This document shows positions 1 through 6,654 of a stretch of 6,806 nt of DNA, piece after piece. The notes under the pieces are model-generated. The model was not told the DNA's origin, did no database searches, and worked only from the letters and a program-made list of their open reading frames with translations. Position 1 is the stretch's first letter. Every line of letters begins with the position of its first letter. The translations under genes were made by a program, and so were the position numbers. Source of the stretch: a virus (lineage: Duplodnaviria; Heunggongvirae; Uroviricota; Caudoviricetes); IMG/VR virus record IMGVR_UViG_2563366964_000004; one strand, given 5' to 3'.

Positions 1-228
1 ATGGAAAGAAATGAAGTACAGCGTGACTGGCATCGCATTGATATTGTCGCCGAGCTGCACAAGCGTGGCGTCACTATGCGCGGCCTTTCCGCCAGCGCGG
101 GACTAAAACCCGACACGCTGAAAAATGCGCTGGCACGCTCTTATCCAAAAGGAGAGCGCATTATTGCAAATGCTCTCAATTTAGAACCCGCCAGTATCTG
201 GCCAAGCCGTTACAACAAGGACCTGTGA
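1..228 (+). CDS. ner: Ner-like DNA-binding transcriptional regulator (Mu Ner / Nlp family), 75 aa
   Basis: 75-aa ORF matching the size of Mu Ner. Motifs DWHRIDIVAELHKRG ... PKGERIIANALNLEPASIWPSRY parallel Mu Ner and E. coli Nlp as I recall them (DWH.AD..., PKGE.IIA.AL, IWPSRY). Stop TGA at 226-228 lies 1 nt before the transposase ATG. The ATG is at window position 1, so its promoter and operators are off-window. Confidence 0.85.
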   Translation: MERNEVQRDWHRIDIVAELHKRGVTMRGLSASAGLKPDTLKNALARSYPKGERIIANALNLEPASIWPSRYNKDL

Positions 229-229
229 C

Positions 230-2287
230 ATGTTCGTGACTGTTAACGAATTAGTTGGCGTCCCTGGATTGCCAACAACACAACAAGGACTGCGATACAG
301 TCTTAAAAAAAGTGCAGGCAACTCCCCTGAACTGGTTCGCAAGCGTGCTGGCAGCAAAGCATTCGAGTACCACATCGACTGCCTTCCTGAACAGGCGCGT
401 GAAATAGTCAAAGCCCGGCATTATCGGGAGGTGTTGAAACAGTCTGATTGCTCACCCGCTCCAGCGGCACCAAAGCGGGAAGTCACCACGACCCGTGATG
501 AGCTGGCGTTATTACGGCAGTGCCCGGTATTGCTGGAGCGTGAAGTTTCCGACCTTACCGAACGCCAGAAACAGATCGCCGATGCGCGTGCATTATTAGC
601 CGCAGAGGTTGAGCGCCTTCGGGATATCGGTATGTCTCGCGCATCGGCGGTTGAGTTCATCGCCAAAGAGTCACGCAAGGGTTCACTCCCGGAGAACATC
701 CAGGCTGCGGCTGATATTGCCAATGCCCGTAAAGGCTCCAGCCGCCGTGGCGTGGGGGAAAGAACACTCCAGGAATGGCTGTCTGTTTACCTTTCAACCC
801 GCCCTGGTATCGAACGCCTTGCTTTACTGGCCCCAGGCCATCTTAAAGCGCGTAAGCCTGAACAGATTAAGTGGCTCCCTGATTTTCTTGCTCACTGGCG
901 GAAACTCTCAGGCCCTTCCCTGGTTGATGCGTGGCGTTCATTCAAGACTGAATGGCAGGCTATCTATGCGGGACAGCCAGCGATGCTCGCAGTCTGCCCG
1001 TCTTATGATGCCGTTCGCCGTGCGATGGAAAAGTTGCCCAAACGTGAACGCGCTCGCGGCCGTATCAGCGGTTCAGCGGCTCTGGCCTTTGAGGTTTACC
1101 AGAAACGTGACTGGTCACAGATGCCTGTAAATGGTTGCTGGATTGCGGATGGTAAATCGCTGGATATGAAAGTTGCTCATCCGGTCCATGGCCGCCCATT
1201 CACGCCCGAACTGACGCTGGTGATTGATGGACGAACCCGCTTCCTGGTGGGCTGGAGCCTGGCGCTCTCGGAGAACGTCATCGCCGTAGCGGATGCCTAT
1301 CGCTACGCCATGAAATTCCACGGGAAACCTCTTTTTGTTTATTCGGATAACGGTGGCGGCGAAACGAACAAAACGCTGGATGCTGATATCACCGGTATTT
1401 TCACCCGCATGGGGATTGATCACCCGACCAGTATTCCTGGCCGACCTCAGTCTCGCGGGATTATCGAACGCCTGAACGCCGTAATACCGAGAGCGATCGC
1501 CAACAAATTTGATACTTACAACGGATTCGGGGCCGACCGTGAGCATGTCCGGATGACCGGTCGCGCCATCCAGTCAGCGATTAAGGCTCAGGAGAATGGC
1601 CGCGAGCTCACGAGCGTACAGCGTAATGCGCTGCGTAAACTGCCGTCATGGCAGATGCTGCTGGATACCATTGCCGAGGAAGTCGACAAATACAACAACC
1701 TGCATGAGCACAGCGAGTTACCGAAGCGTAATGGTGTTCATATGACGCCAGCACAGTACCGTCGCGAGGTCCTGGCCACTGAGGGGGACGAGATTGAATA
1801 TCTGACGGATATCGAACTTCGTGAAGCCTTCATGCCGGAAATGTGCCGTACGGCCCAGAGAGGCTGGATTGACCTGATGAACAACCAGTATTTCAGCGCT
1901 GACCTGATACAGGTCGATGGTGAAGAGGTTCGTGTTGCCTATGACATTCACGACCCTGCCGCCGTCATCGTTCGCCGTATGGACGGTACTTATGTCTGCA
2001 CCGCCATCTGGAACGGCAACAAGCGTGCCGCGCTGCCAACCAGCATGATGGATATCGCCGTTGAGAAACGCCGCCAACGTCGTCTGAAGCGCATTGACGA
2101 ACAGCGAGAAGAGATTGAAGCAGAGGCGCGAGGACTGCTGCCAGAAAGCGATATGTACCCTGATTTCGGCGCATTAATACCATCAGATGCCGAGCGTATT
2201 AATGATGACCGGGAACACGTGTTCCTGTTCGAGTCAGAGCGAGAAGAGTGGCTGAAAAGTCAGGGCAATAAAAAAGCGGCCTTCTGA
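230..2287 (+). CDS. A: Mu-type DDE transposase (MuA-like), 685 aa
   Basis: Long ORF directly after ner, with AAGGA (216-220) upstream of ATG 230. The N-terminus (VTVNELVGVPGLPTT) resembles the MuA N-terminal DNA-binding domain (SPKECANLPGLPKT). Candidate DDE triad: D307 in WIADGKS (nt 1148-1150), D373 in VYSDNGGG (nt 1346-1348), E413 in SRGIIERLN (nt 1466-1468), with Mu-like spacing. Basic, charged C-terminal tail as in MuA. Confidence 0.9.
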   Translation: MFVTVNELVGVPGLPTTQQGLRYSLKKSAGNSPELVRKRAGSKAFEYHIDCLPEQAREIVKARHYREVLKQSDCSPAPAAPKREVTTTRDELALLRQCPVLLEREVSDLTERQKQIADARALLAAEVERLRDIGMSRASAVEFIAKESRKGSLPENIQAAADIANARKGSSRRGVGERTLQEWLSVYLSTRPGIERLALLAPGHLKARKPEQIKWLPDFLAHWRKLSGPSLVDAWRSFKTEWQAIYAGQPAMLAVCPSYDAVRRAMEKLPKRERARGRISGSAALAFEVYQKRDWSQMPVNGCWIADGKSLDMKVAHPVHGRPFTPELTLVIDGRTRFLVGWSLALSENVIAVADAYRYAMKFHGKPLFVYSDNGGGETNKTLDADITGIFTRMGIDHPTSIPGRPQSRGIIERLNAVIPRAIANKFDTYNGFGADREHVRMTGRAIQSAIKAQENGRELTSVQRNALRKLPSWQMLLDTIAEEVDKYNNLHEHSELPKRNGVHMTPAQYRREVLATEGDEIEYLTDIELREAFMPEMCRTAQRGWIDLMNNQYFSADLIQVDGEEVRVAYDIHDPAAVIVRRMDGTYVCTAIWNGNKRAALPTSMMDIAVEKRRQRRLKRIDEQREEIEAEARGLLPESDMYPDFGALIPSDAERINDDREHVFLFESEREEWLKSQGNKKAAF

Positions 2288-2332
2288 CTGGACATCACAG
2301 GCCGCTGATTTACTAAAACAGAGGAAGTAATT

Positions 2333-3226
2333 ATGTCAGCTAAAAATGAACTTGTCGAACTGATGAAAGCAAAAGGTCTTAACCAGACGCAGGTCGCCCG
2401 CGCTATTGGTAAGAGCTCTGCCGTAATCAGCCAGTACCTGAATAATAAATACGACGGCGATATTGCATCGCTGGAAAACGATATTCGTAGCTTTATCGAT
2501 CGTCAGCATGAAAAAGAGCGCTCGGCACGTATCAGCGTCAAATTTGTTGATACCCCAACAACGCGCAAAGCCGTTGATGTTATACGCATGGCGCACGTCG
2601 AAGGTGATATCAACGTGCTTTACGGCGAAGCCGGTCTGGGCAAGACGATGATTTGCAAAGCCTACGTCTCTAAATACCGGGATGCGTTGCTGATTGAGGC
2701 CGACCCTGGCTACACCGCACGCGTAATCCTGGAAGAACTCTGCAACCTGCTGGGGCTCAGTACCCGCGGCAATATGCATGAACTTAGCGAAGCCTGCATC
2801 AACAAGCTGCGCGACTCTGGGCGCGTGCTGATTATTGATGAAGCTGAGAACCTCCCTCTGCGTGCGCTGGAATCTATCCGCCGCATTCATGACAAAACGG
2901 GGATCGGCATCGTCCTGGTTGGTATGCCTCGCCTGATTCTGAACCTCAAGGGCAAACGCGGTGAGCTCGTACAGCTCTATAGCCGTGTCGGTTTCGCCCT
3001 CAACCTCGGGCATAGCCTGCCGGGTGCTGATATTGACGTCATCGCCAGCAGCGTTCTCCCGGATGGCCTGAATGAAGACCTGAGCAAAGCGCTGTTCAAC
3101 GCATCAAAAGGTAATGCCCGCCGACTGTTCAAGCTACTGCGCGGTGCAGTTCGTACCAGTGCAATGAATGATGTTCCGGTCAGCGGTCATATCGTCAATC
3201 AGATAGCCGAAATGCTGATCCATTAA
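2333..3226 (+). CDS. B: Mu-type transposition ATPase / target DNA activator (MuB-like AAA+), 297 aa
   Basis: RBS GAGGAAG before ATG 2333. N-terminal HTH-like segment (LNQTQVARAIGKSSAVISQYLNNKYDGD, compare MuB FINDKYNGD). Walker A GEAGLGKT (about nt 2624-2647) and Walker B VLIIDEAENL (about nt 2825-2854). Size and position immediately after A match MuB. Confidence 0.9.
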   Translation: MSAKNELVELMKAKGLNQTQVARAIGKSSAVISQYLNNKYDGDIASLENDIRSFIDRQHEKERSARISVKFVDTPTTRKAVDVIRMAHVEGDINVLYGEAGLGKTMICKAYVSKYRDALLIEADPGYTARVILEELCNLLGLSTRGNMHELSEACINKLRDSGRVLIIDEAENLPLRALESIRRIHDKTGIGIVLVGMPRLILNLKGKRGELVQLYSRVGFALNLGHSLPGADIDVIASSVLPDGLNEDLSKALFNASKGNARRLFKLLRGAVRTSAMNDVPVSGHIVNQIAEMLIH

Positions 3227-3246
3227 TCCGGATTTAAGGGGGTTTT

Positions 3247-3525
3247 ATGCTGACTTTAACATCAGATAACACGCTGGTTTCAGCGCTGTATCGTACCGAA
3301 GCTGTTGTCGTTTCCCTCCAGGCTCGTGGCGTGGAAGTGAAAGGCATCGTGGTTCGGGAAGGTCAGCCGGTCATTCGTATTCAGCGCCATGCCATGTGTG
3401 ATTACCTGCTCACCAGCGGTAAAGCCAGCTACATCGAATATGGCCAGGGGAAATCGGGTAAATACCGCCAGGGCCTTTTCATCCAGGACGGCTGTCGTGT
3501 CGTCTGGTCAGAATCTATTCATTGA
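3247..3525 (+). CDS. Hypothetical early-region protein, 92 aa (occupies the position of Mu kil)
   Basis: ORF with RBS AAGGGGG (3236-3242) 4 nt before ATG 3247, 20 nt after the B stop. Same strand and codon usage as neighbours. No family recognised by eye. Confidence 0.6.
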   Translation: MLTLTSDNTLVSALYRTEAVVVSLQARGVEVKGIVVREGQPVIRIQRHAMCDYLLTSGKASYIEYGQGKSGKYRQGLFIQDGCRVVWSESIH

Positions 3526-3537
3526 AGGAGAAAATAA

Positions 3538-3729
3538 GTGGCAAAAGTCGTAATCAGCATAACCGATGCACCGCGCGGCATCAGTGTGGAGTGCCAGGTT
3601 TTTCCAGATGAAAAAGACAGTGAACTGACCCAGAAGGTCGCAGCCACTGTGGGGTATGGCCTGGCTGGCCATGTTAACGAAAAAATCCGTAATGCAATCC
3701 AGAAAAAGGGGAAGTCCAATGTCCACTGA
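3538..3729 (+). CDS. Hypothetical small protein, 63 aa, GTG start
   Basis: Strong RBS GAAGGAG (3524-3530) 7 nt before GTG 3538. Begins 12 nt after the previous stop and its last 11 nt overlap the next gene's start (ATG 3719), suggesting translational coupling. No family recognised. Confidence 0.5.
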   Translation: MAKVVISITDAPRGISVECQVFPDEKDSELTQKVAATVGYGLAGHVNEKIRNAIQKKGKSNVH

Positions 3730-4369
3730 AAACACCATCAAACAATACACTACCACCCAGGCTCCAGAGGGATACTGGACTGATGCTCGCGGCGTTCTGA
3801 CGCCAGTCAGTCTGATTAAAGAAATCGACCGCGATCGCGACCAGCTCGTTGGCGAACTTGTTGAGCAGGCGATTGTCGTTTCCTCTGCTCTGAGTGAGCT
3901 GAAATCACGCGCCTTTGCTGATATTCAGGCGTTTATCGACCTTTCGGCTGAAAAATACGGGGCCACCAAAGGCGGTAAAAAAGGTAATGTCACGCTCTAC
4001 AGCTTTGATGGCCGTTTCAAAATCCAGCGAGCCATGCAGGACAGAATTGCCCTGGACGAGCGTATACAGACTGCAAAGGCGCTTATTGATACCTGTCTTG
4101 CTGACTGGACAGAAGGTGCCCGCCCGGAGCTGAAGGCGCTGGTCAATGAGGCGTTTGATACTGACAAAGAAGGCAATATCAATACCGGGCGCGTTCTGGC
4201 ACTTCGTCGCCTGGAAATTGATGATGAACGCTGGCAGCAAGCCATGCAGGCAATCGGTGAAGCGGTGCAGGTCGTCGGTAGCCGTTCTTATATCCGCGTG
4301 TATGAACGTGTTGGTGACTCGGATGAATATCGTCCGATTGCTCTCGATATTGCCGGTGCGGGGGTGTGA
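3719..4369 (+). CDS. DUF3164-like Mu-prophage early protein, 216 aa
   Basis: The ORF track gives 3656-4369; I prefer ATG 3719 because GGGGAAG sits 5-8 nt upstream and that start overlaps the preceding gene's stop. Size, acidic composition and position after B match the DUF3164 family proteins common in Mu-like prophages. The family call is from memory, not a search. Confidence 0.6.
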   Translation: MSTENTIKQYTTTQAPEGYWTDARGVLTPVSLIKEIDRDRDQLVGELVEQAIVVSSALSELKSRAFADIQAFIDLSAEKYGATKGGKKGNVTLYSFDGRFKIQRAMQDRIALDERIQTAKALIDTCLADWTEGARPELKALVNEAFDTDKEGNINTGRVLALRRLEIDDERWQQAMQAIGEAVQVVGSRSYIRVYERVGDSDEYRPIALDIAGAGV

Positions 4370-4370
4370 T

Positions 4371-4604
4371 ATGTATGTTCTGGTAGATCGCACCCATGCC
4401 CGTAAACCATGCAGTCCATTTATGTCTTATGCAGTCAGCGCTGTACTTGCTGAGCAAGTTGGCGATTTTCATAACGCTGCAACAGCCTGGAAAACTGCAT
4501 TCAGCCTGGCGAAAACAGAGGTCAATTCTATCTGGGCAATATCGCGAATGGAGTTCTGTCTTCATGCGGCGAATCGTGGTTGGGGGATTCCGAATGAAAG
4601 CTAA
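4371..4604 (+). CDS. Small protein, 77 aa, possible ANR/PerC-like regulator
   Basis: ATG 4371 lies 1 nt after the upstream TGA (4367-4369), with GGGGGTG just upstream. The pattern A..AE..GD...AA.AW..A...A...W...R.EFC resembles small ANR/PerC-type prophage regulators as I remember them. The ORF track's longer 4146 start lies inside the upstream gene and is rejected. Confidence 0.45.
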   Translation: MYVLVDRTHARKPCSPFMSYAVSAVLAEQVGDFHNAATAWKTAFSLAKTEVNSIWAISRMEFCLHAANRGWGIPNES

Positions 4605-4785
4605 AGAGTTCAATCTGCGATACCCGGTTGGCAGCGTCTTTATTTATCAGCCAAATCCGGTTTTACGTGGCGGTAAGGTCGTCAGCACCGTTGACCAGGC
4701 TCGTGACTGCCGCGATGTATCGGTAGTTGAAATAAATCAAGAACCTTATTTCGCCAATATTAAATCGCTGATACCAGCTAGCTGA
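4594..4785 (+). CDS. Hypothetical small protein, 63 aa
   Basis: ATG 4594 preceded by TGGGGGATT, overlapping the previous gene's end (4604) by 11 nt. Product MKAKEFNLRYPVGSVFIYQPNPVLRGGKVV... No family recognised. The track's 4396 start would make most of the ORF overlap the previous gene out of frame, so the internal ATG is preferred. Confidence 0.45.
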   Translation: MKAKEFNLRYPVGSVFIYQPNPVLRGGKVVSTVDQARDCRDVSVVEINQEPYFANIKSLIPAS

Positions 4786-4865
4786 AATAACTTTTAATTA
4801 AACCTGTTTTAAATATGGCGTAAACCCGCCGGGGCTGGCTTACGCCTGAATTAAGGAGTTCTGTA
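4786..4865 (+). promoter_or_regulatory. Intergenic region with AT-rich tract, imperfect hairpin and RBS; candidate internal promoter or RNA structure
   Basis: The only intergenic gap over 50 nt in the window. AT-rich TGAAATAACTTTTAATTAAACCTGTTTTAAATAT (4783-4816), then inverted repeat GGCGTAA (4817-4823) / TTACGCC (4840-4846) around a 16-nt GC-rich loop, then AAGGAG (4852-4857) and ATG 4866. No T-run after the stem, so not a classic intrinsic terminator. Confidence 0.3.
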
Positions 4866-5588
4866 ATGGAAAATAAAGAGAAATATCTCCAGCGTATTAA
4901 AAAACTGCTGGCAATGGCGCGTAATAACTCCAGCGCTGAAGAAGCAGCACTCGCGCTGAGCCGCGCCCAGCGCCTGATGGAAACCCACAAACTGACTGAA
5001 GCCGATGCGGCGATGATGGATATCAACGAGGCATCCACTCAGAAAGCCCCATCACATGCTGAAAAGATGCCTGAATATATGGCGCTACTGGCTCATATGA
5101 TAGCGCTGGCATTCGGGGTTAAGTTCTATACCACCCACGGTCATGAGCGCTGGGATGCTCCAGCAAAACGCACCATCACCTATTACGGACCGGACGAACG
5201 TCCGCAGGTTGCAGCTTATTCCTTCGAGGTTCTTGGCAAGCAGCTGGCGAAGGCCCGTCGTGAATACACCGCCACGTTGCGTAAAAATATCAAACCCGCC
5301 ACCAAGGTGGCTCGTGCCGATACGTTCTGCTCTGCCTGGGTGAATGGTGCCTATGCCGTTATCAGTGACTTTGCCGTCACTGAGGCCGAAGAGACTCTCA
5401 TGGAGAGCTATCGCAGCAAAAAACTGAGTCAGGGCATGAAGAAACTGGAGCCTCGTAAACCGGGAAAAGCCAGCGGCACCGATGATGCAGCTAATCAGGG
5501 TTATCGGGCTGGCCGCAATGCGCAGTTACATCATGCTGTGACGGGGTCTTCAAATGCTGTAGCTCGAATTGAAGGGGGACCTCAATGA
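4866..5588 (+). CDS. DUF2786-like phage protein, 240 aa
   Basis: RBS AAGGAG 8 nt before ATG 4866. The N-terminus KYLQRIKKLLAMARNNSSAEEAALALSRAQRLMETHKL matches the DUF2786 signature as I recall it (K.L.LA....N..EAE.A...AQ.LM). The family is frequent in prophages. Its stop overlaps the next start (ATGA at 5585-5588). Confidence 0.7.
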   Translation: MENKEKYLQRIKKLLAMARNNSSAEEAALALSRAQRLMETHKLTEADAAMMDINEASTQKAPSHAEKMPEYMALLAHMIALAFGVKFYTTHGHERWDAPAKRTITYYGPDERPQVAAYSFEVLGKQLAKARREYTATLRKNIKPATKVARADTFCSAWVNGAYAVISDFAVTEAEETLMESYRSKKLSQGMKKLEPRKPGKASGTDDAANQGYRAGRNAQLHHAVTGSSNAVARIEGGPQ

Positions 5589-6088
5589 GAGATATCACCG
5601 CACTGGCGCAACACCTAAGAGTGTATGCCGAAGAATTCAGTTATCCGGTTCTATCTCCTGATGATTGCAAAACGCTGGTAGATGCGCTGGAAGCAGGACA
5701 ACCACACCACAACGGCCTGATGCAGCTCTCTAATGAACTGGTGATGGCTAAGCAGAGAATCGCAGAACTGGAGTCCGGCACAGCCACCGCGTCGCAGAGC
5801 GATTACTTTGCCTCTCTGGTAGCAATGGCTCGTGTTTCAGCAGAAAAAGCGATGCGGAAGTTCCCTCAGCCGAACTACGTGCTTCTTAAGGTTGCGGAGG
5901 AAGCTGGCGAGGTCGTGCAGGCCGGGGTCCATTACGCAGAGAAACGGATGGAGTGGCAGCAGGTAGAGGGCGAGATTGTCCAGCTGTTGGCAATGCTGAT
6001 TCGCCTGGTGACGGAGGGCGACCAGATTAATGGCATCACTCCTCCGGCCGATGGCATCCAGGTTATCGAAGGGGATAATTATGACTGA
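5585..6088 (+). CDS. Protein with MazG-like (all-alpha NTP pyrophosphohydrolase-like) C-terminal half, 167 aa
   Basis: RBS GGGGGA before ATG 5585. The C-terminal half LLKVAEEAGEVVQAGVHYAEKRMEWQQVEGEIVQLLAMLIRL shows the two acidic helices typical of MazG/HisE-like nucleotide pyrophosphohydrolases (EE.GE ... E.E..LL..L..L). The N-terminal ~90 aa is unassigned. This is a fold-level call from motif only. Confidence 0.55.
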   Translation: MRDITALAQHLRVYAEEFSYPVLSPDDCKTLVDALEAGQPHHNGLMQLSNELVMAKQRIAELESGTATASQSDYFASLVAMARVSAEKAMRKFPQPNYVLLKVAEEAGEVVQAGVHYAEKRMEWQQVEGEIVQLLAMLIRLVTEGDQINGITPPADGIQVIEGDNYD

Positions 6089-6446
6089 ACAACAGCGCAA
6101 GCCGGTGGTATTCATCGCCGGGCCGATGACCGGGTATCAGGATTATAACCGGGCAGAGTTCGACGCCGAGGCTAGTGTCCTGTCCGATCGAGGCTTCACC
6201 GTACTAAATCCGGCGATACTTCCAGATGGCCTTGAGCACCAGCAATATCTGGCAATTACGCTGGCGATGCTGGAGCAGGCTGATTCCGTTTTCCTCCTGG
6301 ATGGATGGGAAAAAAGCCGGGGCGCAATGCAAGAATTTCAGCGTGGCCGTGAGTTAGGTCTGGTATTTATGTTTCAGTCATGGGAGACAGCAACCCTCGC
6401 CATTATGCATAACCGCTACTCTCTTCGGGAGGTGACCAGTGAATAA
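6081..6446 (+). CDS. DUF4406 / nucleoside 2-deoxyribosyltransferase-like (DNPH1-like fold) protein, 121 aa
   Basis: ATG 6081 preceded by GAAGGGGA, overlapping the upstream stop (ATGACTGA). Motifs VVFIAGPMTG, VLNPA and LLDGWEKSRGAMQEF (conserved Glu77 at nt 6309-6311) match the DUF4406 signature and the D-G-x-E-x-S-x-G catalytic pattern of that superfamily. The track's 6030 start lies inside the upstream gene and is rejected. Confidence 0.65.
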   Translation: MTEQQRKPVVFIAGPMTGYQDYNRAEFDAEASVLSDRGFTVLNPAILPDGLEHQQYLAITLAMLEQADSVFLLDGWEKSRGAMQEFQRGRELGLVFMFQSWETATLAIMHNRYSLREVTSE

Positions 6447-6654
6447 TGTTATTGGATGCCAGTTCCTGGACAATGGCAATCGACGCATCTGGCATTTTCG
6501 AAACACCAGCCAGGTTGTTGAATACCCCAAATTACCTCTCCGAATCCGATTCCAGTTTTTTGATGCTCATAACAGGAAAATTCGTGGCAAGGCCGAGCAA
6601 AGTGAAATGAGAAAAGCCATTGACCATTATCGGAAGTTACGGGGGATTAAATAA
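6439..6654 (+). CDS. Hypothetical small basic protein, 71 aa, GTG start
   Basis: Strong SD GGGAGGTG (6427-6434) before GTG 6439, which overlaps the upstream stop (GTGAATAA). Arg/Lys-rich product (…RKIRGKAEQSEMRKAIDHYRKLRGIK), possibly nucleic-acid binding. No family recognised. Confidence 0.45.
   Translation: MNNVIGCQFLDNGNRRIWHFRNTSQVVEYPKLPLRIRFQFFDAHNRKIRGKAEQSEMRKAIDHYRKLRGIK

Noticed and set aside
421-2183. Several minus-strand and alternate-frame ORFs inside the transposase gene (421-723 -, 609-1130 +, 1115-1546 -, 1718-2077 -, 1965-2183 -)
   Set aside because: All are embedded in the MuA-like CDS, which has clear family motifs. Their translations are low-complexity, Arg/Ser-rich products typical of spurious frames.
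2336-3013. 225-aa ORF on the minus strand
   Set aside because: Lies entirely antisense to the well-supported MuB CDS (Walker A and B motifs on the + strand). No RBS evident. Long antisense ORFs are expected by chance at this GC content.
3656-3718. Longer N-terminal extension of the DUF3164-like ORF (track start 3656)
   Set aside because: No RBS precedes 3656, whereas ATG 3719 has GGGGAAG upstream and overlaps the preceding gene's stop. Similar reasoning rejects the track starts at 4146, 4396 and 6030.
3508-3756. Minus-strand ORFs of 82 and 66 aa overlapping the 63-aa + strand ORF
   Set aside because: The + strand ORF has a strong GAAGGAG RBS and fits the co-directional operon. The minus-strand ORFs have no obvious RBS and would oppose all surrounding transcription.
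3905-4613. Minus-strand ORFs of 162, 82 and 144 aa and a + strand 72-aa alternate-frame ORF
   Set aside because: They overlap the DUF3164-like gene and the following small genes in antisense or alternate frame. The + strand genes have RBSs and coupled overlaps, so these are judged spurious.
4817-4846. Hairpin read as a Rho-independent terminator
   Set aside because: The stem is followed by TGAATTAAGGAG rather than a U-rich tract, so it does not fit an intrinsic terminator. Kept only as a generic regulatory or structural candidate.
4778-6115. Minus-strand ORFs 4778-5038 and 5837-6115, and + strand alternate-frame ORF 5143-5343
   Set aside because: Embedded in or antisense to the DUF2786-like and MazG-like genes. 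No supporting signals.
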